DNA from: an uncultured Gammaproteobacteria bacterium | GTDB lineage: Bacteria; Cyanobacteriota; Vampirovibrionia; Gastranaerophilales; Gastranaerophilaceae | Direction of reading: 5' to 3' | NCBI GenBank assembly: GCA_964467625.1 | Contig: CAYXRM010000001.1 | Location: 516,986 to 580,985, forward strand | DNA: 64,000 bases | In this document: positions 18,446 through 26,097 of the stretch, one piece after another | Position numbering within the stretch: the stretch's first letter is position 1 | Layout: each line of letters starts with the position of its first letter | Position numbers and translations under genes: made by a program | The notes under the pieces: model-generated | The model's database searches: none | Told to the model about the DNA's origin: nothing | What the model saw: the letters and a program-made list of their open reading frames with translations, nothing else

Positions 18446-19825
18446 ATGGCTAAATATATTTTTCACAGTGAAAAAAGCAAAACAACATGCGCAGAATGCA
18501 CAAAACTGGATGGGAAGGTCTATGGCGATATAAACAATATTCCAAAATTGCCAATTCATCCAAATTGCAGATGTTGGATAGAAACTATTGAAGATAAAAA
18601 ATCAACAAGTCACCCTTGCGATTGCAGGAAAAGATTGGAAGTTATTCAAAATAATATAGAAAATCTTATTATTAATTTAGGTAATATATCAAAAAGTATA
18701 AATAATGAAATATATGAAACAGAAATTAAGATTGATGATGCGAAAGAAAACAACAATAAAAAAGTAAATCTTCAAAAGGTACAAAATAAATTGGTAAATC
18801 TAAAGGAAGAATTTCAAACGTTTACTAAACAAACAAAAGATTTAAACACGGATATTTTATTTTTAAAAGATAATGCAAACGAGCTTGAACACACAAAAGA
18901 AGAATGCAATATAGATAAAGAATTAAGTGAAATAAATAAAAAAGCAAAAACTTTTTTAAGTGAAATCAATAGATATTCTGAAAACTTAAAGCAATTAAAA
19001 GAAGATGTTAATTGGGTTGAGAGAGCTGAAGCATTGAAACAAAACGGAACTACAACAGGTATTGCCGCAGATGTTGATATCGGTTCTAAAACTTCTAAAA
19101 ATACTAATTGGTTTGGGAAGGTTGAATTGAGTGAAAAGGAAGTAAATAAAAATGTTGACTATAAGCAAAAAGCAATAGAATTTGCTATAGGTAATAACTA
19201 TAATAAAATCTTGTATAAAGCTGCAAAAAAATTTTCAGGAGAAGACACTGCAGGCATGCTTGATATAGCCCATGAAAAAAGAAATGATGAAGAATATACA
19301 AAAGATGCAATTAAATTAAAGAATTGGGATGATCCAAGAGTTGCATCAAATAAGAAGAAAATAAAAGAAAAAGTATCAAAAGAATTTAAGGATTATGGGT
19401 TTAACATAGATGAAATCCCCGGATATTTCTTTAAAAGTACTTCTGAACCCGTTCAAAGACTTATTCAAAATGAAGATTTTAGAAATATTATAAGAAAACA
19501 TAAGGCGAATATTTTAAAAGGAGAAAATTTTTCTGGCGGTTTTCCAGAGTATACTAACCAAACAAATGCTCCTTGGTTGATTAATAAAATGTTGAAAGAA
19601 AACAATTTTAAAAATGCTTTTGGAATAGTTGAACTTTTGACCCCTTTCTTTGATAAAGAGGGTAATTTGCATATTAAAATGTTTGATACTTATGATTTTA
19701 ATAAAGGTGAAAATATTCTTGTGGAAGCAGGCAGAGTTAAAATGCTAGAAAAAGAATTAAAACCCTTTTTTACAATCCATGATATAATTATCAAAAAAGA
19801 AGAGCTTAAATATTTTGGGTTGTAA
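18446..19825 (+). CDS. MuF/SPP1-gp7-motif protein with coiled coil and unknown C-terminal domain (candidate polymorphic toxin)
   Basis: 459 aa. Residues 15-44 (CAECTKLDGKVYGDINNIPKLPIHPNCRCW) match the C-terminal zinc-ribbon-like signature of the phage Mu F / SPP1 gp7 head morphogenesis domain. Residues ~60-200 are heptad-rich coiled coil. I do not recognise residues ~200-459. No signal peptide. Confidence 0.5.
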   Translation: MAKYIFHSEKSKTTCAECTKLDGKVYGDINNIPKLPIHPNCRCWIETIEDKKSTSHPCDCRKRLEVIQNNIENLIINLGNISKSINNEIYETEIKIDDAKENNNKKVNLQKVQNKLVNLKEEFQTFTKQTKDLNTDILFLKDNANELEHTKEECNIDKELSEINKKAKTFLSEINRYSENLKQLKEDVNWVERAEALKQNGTTTGIAADVDIGSKTSKNTNWFGKVELSEKEVNKNVDYKQKAIEFAIGNNYNKILYKAAKKFSGEDTAGMLDIAHEKRNDEEYTKDAIKLKNWDDPRVASNKKKIKEKVSKEFKDYGFNIDEIPGYFFKSTSEPVQRLIQNEDFRNIIRKHKANILKGENFSGGFPEYTNQTNAPWLINKMLKENNFKNAFGIVELLTPFFDKEGNLHIKMFDTYDFNKGENILVEAGRVKMLEKELKPFFTIHDIIIKKEELKYFGL

Positions 19826-19830
19826 AAAAG
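19761..19830 (+). repeat. Junction repeat, copy A (intact: toxin 3' end plus start of next gene)
   Basis: Encodes KPFFTIHDIIIKKEELKYFGL* and overlaps TTG-GGT-TGT-AAA (MGCK) of the next ORF. Related copies lie at 20385-20462 and 22322-22400. Confidence 0.7.
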
Positions 19831-20381
19831 AAATAACAGAATATTTTTTAAGGGTTTTTTGTTTTGCCGTTGTTGTAAAATGTGCTTTTGATATTGTCTG
19901 CATAATCGGAATAATAGTTTTCTTACCTTTTTCAGTATTGGTGCTTAAGGTTTTTGATCTTTTGTTTATAATATTTGATAAATGCGGATATTATTTTTTG
20001 GTTGAAAGTTTTGAATACAGTTATGATGTCTATATATTTTCTTTTTTTGGGTTATATTTTCTATCAAAAATATTAGGTATATTTAAAAAAATAAACAAAT
20101 TAAACTTTTTTCTTTCCCTTTTTATAATATGTTTAATAAGCTATATGCTTGTTTTGTTTGGCAGAATAAATTTTTTAGTAGATAAAAATACTTATGAATT
20201 GGGGCTTAGATATTTTTATACAATGTATTTATTAATTCCTTGTTATTTATTGTATAAAGTTTTTAATTTCTTATCTTCAAAATTTATCATCTTTGAAAAA
20301 ATCGGCTATTACACTTCAATTGAATTTTATAAAAATTTGTACAAGAAAATATCTAATCATGGTAAGCATGATAATAAATAA
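19815..20381 (+). CDS. Small multi-pass membrane protein (candidate cognate immunity)
   Basis: 188 aa with a TTG start overlapping the upstream stop by 11 nt. About 5 hydrophobic helices, very AT-rich. No family recognised. Confidence 0.4.
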   Translation: MGCKKEITEYFLRVFCFAVVVKCAFDIVCIIGIIVFLPFSVLVLKVFDLLFIIFDKCGYYFLVESFEYSYDVYIFSFFGLYFLSKILGIFKKINKLNFFLSLFIICLISYMLVLFGRINFLVDKNTYELGLRYFYTMYLLIPCYLLYKVFNFLSSKFIIFEKIGYYTSIEFYKNLYKKISNHGKHDNK

Positions 20382-20384
20382 CTA

Positions 20385-20462
20385 AAACCTTTTTTTTACC
20401 ATACATGATATAATTATCAAAAAAGAAGAACTTTAACACTTATGGGGTGTAAAATGCAAAAA
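20385..20462 (+). repeat. Junction repeat, copy B (orphan toxin tail plus MGCK start)
   Basis: 20386-20436 reads NLFFTIHDIIIKKEEL*. That gives 14 of 16 residues identical to the tail of the 459-aa protein, closed by an AAA to TAA change relative to copy C. ATG-GGG-TGT-AAA follows. Confidence 0.65.
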
Positions 20463-21197
20463 AGAAACGTTGCATACATACTAATGATTATTATCAAAAT
20501 TATAATGATTATAATATTTGTGCCTTTTTCTTTTGAGCTTATTTTTGGCTCGCTTTCTCAGCCATATGAAACTGTGGTACAAAATGCATCTATAATTTTA
20601 ATTGGGCTTATTCCTGTTTTGATATGCCACTTTCTTTCAAAGTGGGTAAAAAAAACAACTAATATTTTTGTTAAAATATGTTCAATATTATTATCTGCTT
20701 TTTTATTGCTTATACTTCCCATATATGCACTGATCGGGTTGTTTAATTGTGCTTTGATTTGTGATGATCCGCCTATAAACCCTTATAATAAGTCAAGATA
20801 TGAAGTAATGCTTTCAAAGATGCCAAGTGCAAAAGAGCGTGCCAAACATTTTCCACATAGAATTCCAAAAGATGCTAAAGATTATTATTTTCTCCGTGAA
20901 TGGTCTTTTAGTGGATATAATGTGCATTATTTAAAATTTAGTACAAATGAAAATTATATTAATAAAATAATTAATGATAACAAAGATAAAATTGTTCATA
21001 AATTAAATTCAAACAATGTGGATGATTATTATAAATTCGTTCCATATAGGGCGCTGAGCGATAGTGCCAATTGCACTATATACATTTTAAAAAATGAAAA
21101 CAACGACAATGATTATACACCAGGAATTATAACTTCAAAATCAAATGAAATTCTTTTTTTCTATTCTAATTTTGATTTAAAGGGAAACAGATATTGA
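20442..21197 (+). CDS. Membrane-anchored protein, island paralogue 1 (candidate orphan immunity)
   Basis: 251 aa with three N-terminal TM helices and a ~143-aa soluble domain. Paralogue of 22378-23133. The true start may be the internal ATG at 20454 (GGGGTG upstream). Confidence 0.5.
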   Translation: MGCKMQKRNVAYILMIIIKIIMIIIFVPFSFELIFGSLSQPYETVVQNASIILIGLIPVLICHFLSKWVKKTTNIFVKICSILLSAFLLLILPIYALIGLFNCALICDDPPINPYNKSRYEVMLSKMPSAKERAKHFPHRIPKDAKDYYFLREWSFSGYNVHYLKFSTNENYINKIINDNKDKIVHKLNSNNVDDYYKFVPYRALSDSANCTIYILKNENNDNDYTPGIITSKSNEILFFYSNFDLKGNRY

Positions 21198-21259
21198 TAT
21201 TTATGAATAATAAATTTTTAAAATATTTAATAAAAGCGAAGGTATGATATTATAAATAC

Positions 21260-21763
21260 ATGCACAAAGAAATTTCTGGACTGATTAAATATTTGTCTTT
21301 AGTTTTTGTTCTGCAGGGCATAGCTTATATTTCCTGTTATTTTTGGATGTGTATATTTTTTAGCAGTTTAGTGGATGAACAAGATGAGTTTTTAATAAAG
21401 CTTTTCTCTTTTGATTTTTTTTATGAAATATTTCCAATAATTCTTTTTATTGTTTTGACATTTATTGCTTCTCTTTTTATTATCTTGACTAAAACATTTC
21501 TTGATAAAAAAGAAAGTAAATACCTGACTTGTTTTTTTGATAATCTTTTATACCCGACAATTGCATTGTTGATTGTAGTTTTATGCAGAATATATTTTAA
21601 TCTCTATATTTCGTACCTGATTATGTTTATCGCTATATATTTTGTGGGGTTTATAAGAAAGTTTGCAAAGCCTTTATATAATCACATATCTATTGTCATT
21701 TTTCTTTTGTGGGGATTGGTTATTTATTGCATAATGGGAAACCGTTGTATCTTTAATTTTTAA
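21260..21763 (+). CDS. Small multi-pass membrane protein
   Basis: 167 aa with 4-5 hydrophobic helices. No recognisable family and a weak RBS. Confidence 0.35.
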   Translation: MHKEISGLIKYLSLVFVLQGIAYISCYFWMCIFFSSLVDEQDEFLIKLFSFDFFYEIFPIILFIVLTFIASLFIILTKTFLDKKESKYLTCFFDNLLYPTIALLIVVLCRIYFNLYISYLIMFIAIYFVGFIRKFAKPLYNHISIVIFLLWGLVIYCIMGNRCIFNF

Positions 21764-22235
21764 ATTGTTGAAAATTTAATTCATCATCAAGAACACCATT
21801 TTGTTTATAAAAAGTATATAGATATAAAAATCCGCTCAAATCTTTTATGCGGGTTTTTATATATTCATATTTATCAGAAGCGGCAGCAAGGCAAGGAAGG
21901 TAAGGATGGCAGTTTTTTTCATAGGTTTGCTTTAATAAAATATTATGCTGTTTAATAAATTCTTCCCACTTTTCTTGAGATCTCAAAAGTTCTTCATATT
22001 CAGCTTTTGGAAGAATATCCTTTGCCCCTTTAATTGTTTTTTTAATCTCTTGATTATATTTTTCATATCCTTCATAAGTGCACAACATCATCATACGGTC
22101 TGTTTGATAGTTTGCATTAATACAATTTTGAGTTTCATTGTCAATTTTTTTAATGGTTTCACTAGATGTGCAATATGACGCAAAAGCAGGGTTGGTTGCA
22201 AATAAAAATATTGTTAAAAGAAGAAATTTTTTCAT
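21753..22235 (-). CDS. Secreted DUF1311 (LprI-like) family protein
   Basis: 160 aa with signal peptide MKKFLLLTIFLFATNPAFA. Four spaced Cys and the pattern T..MM..C......Y...I........L......L..SQ..W..F resemble DUF1311/LprI. Confidence 0.45.
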   Translation of the reverse strand: MKKFLLLTIFLFATNPAFASYCTSSETIKKIDNETQNCINANYQTDRMMMLCTYEGYEKYNQEIKKTIKGAKDILPKAEYEELLRSQEKWEEFIKQHNILLKQTYEKNCHPYLPCLAAASDKYEYIKTRIKDLSGFLYLYTFYKQNGVLDDELNFQQFKN

Positions 22236-22253
22236 AAATTAATTATAAGTTTA

Positions 22254-22377
22254 AGCGGTTTTTATATCAAGGAAAGGAAACCGCCAATTCATCCAAATTA
22301 CAAGTGTTCAAAGCAAATTTAAAAGGCTTTTTCACTGTTTGTGAGATAATAATTAAAAAAGAAGAACTTAAACACTT
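22254..22377 (+). pseudogene. Internally deleted relic of a second MuF-motif gene
   Basis: 22254-22322 reads SGFYIKERKPPIHPNYKCSKQI*, compared with LDGKVYGD..LPIHPNCRCWIE in the intact gene. 17 nt are identical (GCCAATTCATCCAAATT, 22283-22299 vs 18549-18565). In another frame, 22322-22377 reads KGFFTVCEIIIKKEELKHL, compared with the tail KPFFTIHDIIIKKEELKYF. Confidence 0.45.
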
Positions 22378-22400
22378 ATGGGATGTAAAATGCAAAAAAG
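22322..22400 (+). repeat. Junction repeat, copy C
   Basis: A tail-like segment followed by ATG-GGA-TGT-AAA-ATG-CAA-AAA-AGA-AAC, almost identical to copy B from 20421 onward. Confidence 0.65.
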
Positions 22401-23133
22401 AAACGTTGCATACATAATAATCAATATTATCAAAATCATAATGATTACTATATATACACCTTTTTCTTTTGTGCTTATTTTGTTTACTATCTGTAGTCCT
22501 TATGAAGCTATGATATGGAATATGGTTATATTTCTTATTGGGCTTGTTTTTATTTTTGCATGCCACTTTCTTTTAAAGTGTGTAAATAAAACAACCGATA
22601 TTGATACTCGAATATGTTCAATATTATTATCCATTATTCTTTTATTTATTTTACTTATATATATGTGTGCCGGGTTTCAAAAATGCACTAATATAAATTC
22701 AGATCCGCCTATAAACCCTTATAATAAGTCAAGATATAAAGCAATGCTTTCAAAAATGCCAAGTGCAAAAGAGCGTGCCAAACATTTTCCACATGGAATT
22801 CCAAAAGATGCCGCAAATTATTATTTTTTCCGTGACAGGTCTTTTTTTGAAGACAAAGAACATTATTTAAAATTCAGTGCAAATGAAAATTATATTAATA
22901 AAATAATTAATGATAACAAAGATAAAATTGTTCATAAATTCAATTTAAATAATATAAGTGATTATTATAAATTCGTTCCATATGACGGCTTAAATGACAG
23001 TGCCAATTGCACTATATACATTTTAAAAAATGAAAACAATGACAATGATTATACATCAGGAATTATAACTTCAAAATCTAATGAAATTCTTTTTTTCTAT
23101 TCCAATTTTGATTTAAAGAAAATAAGACGCTGA
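22378..23133 (+). CDS. Membrane-anchored protein, island paralogue 2 (candidate orphan immunity)
   Basis: 251 aa, colinear with 20442-21197. By manual alignment there are 46 differences in the first 108 residues and 25 in the last 143. Confidence 0.5.
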   Translation: MGCKMQKRNVAYIIINIIKIIMITIYTPFSFVLILFTICSPYEAMIWNMVIFLIGLVFIFACHFLLKCVNKTTDIDTRICSILLSIILLFILLIYMCAGFQKCTNINSDPPINPYNKSRYKAMLSKMPSAKERAKHFPHGIPKDAANYYFFRDRSFFEDKEHYLKFSANENYINKIINDNKDKIVHKFNLNNISDYYKFVPYDGLNDSANCTIYILKNENNDNDYTSGIITSKSNEILFFYSNFDLKKIRR

Positions 23134-23192
23134 CATTTGTGCGGCATAAAAGTTTCTTATAGCCCAAAAAGGGGATTTATTAACTTTCTTAT

Positions 23193-23222
23193 TTGGCAAA
23201 AAAATGTTTTTCATTGTATAAT
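23193..23222 (+). promoter_or_regulatory. Candidate sigma70-type promoter for mlaD-lpxK
   Basis: TTGGCA (23193-23198), 18 nt spacer, TATAAT (23217-23222), 30 nt upstream of the ATG at 23253. Confidence 0.4.
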
Positions 23223-23252
23223 TAGTCGTGAGATAGAATGAAAGGCCCCTAA

Positions 23253-24605
23253 ATGACCGTAAATAGAAAAGTTTCTTCATCTTTAAAAGTCGGGATTTTG
23301 ACGATTGGGGCGCTTCTTATTCTTATTTTTACCGTTCTTTGGATAAAAGGAAGAAGTTTATCTTCAGGGGAGAGGATTGAAGTTATTTTCCATGATATAA
23401 ACGGTATCCGTGCAGGCTCCGGCGTGCAGATGATGGGTCTTAGAATCGGGCAAATTGAAGAAATTATACCCGTTGTAAACGGTAAAGATAGTCATGTTAA
23501 AATTCGTTTTGTTATAACAGAAAAAGGGGTTAAAGTTCCGGAAGCCTCGACAATTTCAATTCAACAGTCAGGGTTAATTGGGGAACAGTTTTTGGAAGTT
23601 ATGCCCCCGAAGGTTGAATATCTTTATCTTGAAACTTCAAGAAATAAAACATTAATTGAAGAAAATCAAGAAATTTATATGGTTTTATCAAATGAACTTA
23701 AAAGAATAGGCAGAGTTGATATTGCAAATGTTATTCCAAAGGCGGCTGCCCCACTTGAATACCGTTCACAGTTGAAGGGGCAAAACGTACTTAAAATTGG
23801 ATACATTGTTGATCTTCCGGGGTTGATTTTGGATAAGGAAAATTTAAACGCAAAACTTATTCAAAATAAACTTGTTTTTGAAACAAAAAATGGGGTTAAA
23901 CTTGAGATGCCAAACACAAATTCTCCCTATACGGTGATTGAACCGATGAGAATAAGTGATTTTCTTGAATTGCAATATAAAACAGCACACTCTTTGACAT
24001 CTATGAATGAAAGAGTTATGGAGATTTTATCGGACGACTTTATTGCCGATATTAAAGAATCCATGAACAATATTAATGAAATTACCCAAAAGGCAAATTC
24101 CACAATTGAGAAGGCAAACACTTTGATTGATTCTTCAAAAGACGAAATTGATGAAATTCTTGTCCAAACTTCAATTTTGACAAAGAAACTGAATGTCTTG
24201 TCGGATAATGCAAACGCTCTTGTTTCAAGTGAGGAATTGAAGGGTGCAATTAAATCTGTTAACAGGTTTGCAAAAAATGCAAATTCATACCTTGAAAAAC
24301 CAGAAGCAAAAGAAATGTTTGAAAATTTGAATGAAATTTCAAGAAATTTGGCGGACATTTCTTGCTATGTAAACGAATTTACAGGGGATGAAAAGTTAAG
24401 AAATAATTTAAAAGAATCTGTTGAAAATATAAACAAAGCAATGAAACAGGTGAACACAAATTTGGCGGAAATAAATTCTGTAAGCGGGGAAGAAAAGCTT
24501 TCAATCAACAATGCAATAACAGACGCTATTGTGACAACAAGAAATCTTAAAAAATTCTCAGAAAAATTGAATAAAAGATTTTTATTATTCAGGTTAATGT
24601 TTTAG
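23253..24605 (+). CDS. mlaD: MCE-domain protein (MlaD-like) with long helical C-terminal extension
   Basis: 450 aa. N-terminal TM (LKVGILTIGALLILIFTVLWI). MCE domain (INGIRAGSGVQMMGLRIGQIEEI...SIQQSGLIGEQFLEV). The last ~200 aa are coiled-coil-like. Confidence 0.75.
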   Translation: MTVNRKVSSSLKVGILTIGALLILIFTVLWIKGRSLSSGERIEVIFHDINGIRAGSGVQMMGLRIGQIEEIIPVVNGKDSHVKIRFVITEKGVKVPEASTISIQQSGLIGEQFLEVMPPKVEYLYLETSRNKTLIEENQEIYMVLSNELKRIGRVDIANVIPKAAAPLEYRSQLKGQNVLKIGYIVDLPGLILDKENLNAKLIQNKLVFETKNGVKLEMPNTNSPYTVIEPMRISDFLELQYKTAHSLTSMNERVMEILSDDFIADIKESMNNINEITQKANSTIEKANTLIDSSKDEIDEILVQTSILTKKLNVLSDNANALVSSEELKGAIKSVNRFAKNANSYLEKPEAKEMFENLNEISRNLADISCYVNEFTGDEKLRNNLKESVENINKAMKQVNTNLAEINSVSGEEKLSINNAITDAIVTTRNLKKFSEKLNKRFLLFRLMF

Positions 24606-25658
24606 ATGAAAGATTTTAGAAAACTTATTACTGATTTTCACTATGGAAAAAAATCGTGCGCTTTATACGCTTCGCTTTTTTTGCCCTCTTTGGTGTATGC
24701 GTTTGTTATAAGGTGTAAAAATTTTTTTTATGACATTGGCTTGTTCAAAGAAAAAGAAATAGACGCAAATATTATTTGCATAGGTAATCTTACAACGGGT
24801 GGAGTGGGCAAAACTCCTGTTGTAATTGAGTTTGCACAATATTATGAAAAAATGGGCAAAAAAGTTTGTATTTTAACAAGAGGATATAAGTCTGATTTTG
24901 CAAAAGGTAAAATATTTAAAGAAAAAAAAGCGCTGCCAACTAAAGTGGGCAATGAAATTCTTTATGACAGACGTGTTTTGGGGGATGAGGCTTATTTAAT
25001 TTGCAAAAAAACAAACAATGTGACCGTTATTCTTGCAAAAGATAGATTTTTCGGTGCAAAGTGCGCAAAAGAGGAATTTGGCGCAGACGTTATTATTATG
25101 GATGATGGGTTTTCAAACAGAAAGTTGCACAAAAATATAAACATTTTACTTTTTGACAACAAAAGGTTTCAAGGCAATGGAAAACTTTTGCCGCTTGGGC
25201 CTCTAAGAGAGCCTTTGTCTGAAATTAAAAGGGCGCAAAAAGTTATTTTTGTAAATAAAGGGGACGATGAAAATTTTGAAATTAAAAAATTTAAAGAGAA
25301 ATTAAAAATTCCCCATTTTGATTGCAAAATGCAAGCGGGGAAAATTTATAATATTAAGACCGGTGAAATTTTAGATAAAGGTGCGAAAATTTTTGCATTT
25401 TGTGGGATAGGAAGCCCCGAGCAGTTTTATAACAATTTAAAAGAATATGAACTTATGGGGACAAAAAGTTTTGATGACCATTTTGAGTATACAAAGAAAG
25501 ATGTGGATGAAATTTCTTCTCTTTGCATAAAATCTAAAGCGCAAGCCGTTATTACCACGGAAAAAGATATGGTTAAAATTGCTCAGTTTGAAGGTGTTGA
25601 TAATTTTTACGCAATGGATTTAGAACTTAAAATTAATCTTGATGAGATTTTGGGTTGA
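24606..25658 (+). CDS. lpxK: Tetraacyldisaccharide 4'-kinase
   Basis: 350 aa. P-loop GNLTTGGVGKTPVV, then ILTRGYK and DDGF, typical of LpxK. Confidence 0.85.
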   Translation: MKDFRKLITDFHYGKKSCALYASLFLPSLVYAFVIRCKNFFYDIGLFKEKEIDANIICIGNLTTGGVGKTPVVIEFAQYYEKMGKKVCILTRGYKSDFAKGKIFKEKKALPTKVGNEILYDRRVLGDEAYLICKKTNNVTVILAKDRFFGAKCAKEEFGADVIIMDDGFSNRKLHKNINILLFDNKRFQGNGKLLPLGPLREPLSEIKRAQKVIFVNKGDDENFEIKKFKEKLKIPHFDCKMQAGKIYNIKTGEILDKGAKIFAFCGIGSPEQFYNNLKEYELMGTKSFDDHFEYTKKDVDEISSLCIKSKAQAVITTEKDMVKIAQFEGVDNFYAMDLELKINLDEILG

Positions 25659-25660
25659 AA

Positions 25661-26095
25661 TTATATTTTAATTTTTACAATTGCTTTTTTAACATATGCG
25701 GGCGTATCCACCATTGTACAGGGCGAGTGGGCGTCATTTGGATAAAGCATAATGAATTGACCTTGATTTAGGTATGTCACATTTAATTTTTTTGTTGGAG
25801 TTTTATAAAAAACAACATCTTTTTCTTCATTGTGGGGAATTGAAACTTCAAGACCTTCAAGGTTTGTGGTGAAAACTTTTTCGCTTCCTTTGATTAAAAA
25901 TTGAATGTCAATGTGGTTTTTGTGCGCTTCAAGCTTAATAAAATCTCTTGTTGTGTATTCTTCAATGTTTATAAACGCCTTATCTGATATTGTATGCCTT
26001 CCAAGTTCAATATCAGGGTCGATATTCAAAATAAAATTTTTAATATTGTCATCAATATTGTAAAGGTCGAAATTTTCAAAGTCATCAAAAATCAT
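25661..26095 (-). CDS. YhcH/YjgK/YiaL (DUF386) family protein
   Basis: 144 aa. LEAHKNHIDIQFLIKGSE...FIMLYPNDAHSP matches the cupin-like YhcH family pattern. Confidence 0.65.
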   Translation of the reverse strand: MIFDDFENFDLYNIDDNIKNFILNIDPDIELGRHTISDKAFINIEEYTTRDFIKLEAHKNHIDIQFLIKGSEKVFTTNLEGLEVSIPHNEEKDVVFYKTPTKKLNVTYLNQGQFIMLYPNDAHSPCTMVDTPAYVKKAIVKIKI

Positions 26096-26097
26096 TT

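Larger units (their letters stand above)
18317..23252. other. Accessory island inserted between mlaF and mlaD (candidate decayed polymorphic toxin / immunity array)
   Basis: mlaE-mlaF are separated from the MCE gene by six unrelated ORFs. The block is visibly more AT-rich than the flanks. It contains internal junction repeats and gene relics. mlaD carries its own promoter. Confidence 0.55.

Noticed and set aside
22267-22566. 99-aa minus-strand ORF overlapping the start of the second 251-aa paralogue
   Set aside because: It is antisense to a gene supported by a paralogue. Its translation is K/N-rich low complexity and it has no RBS.
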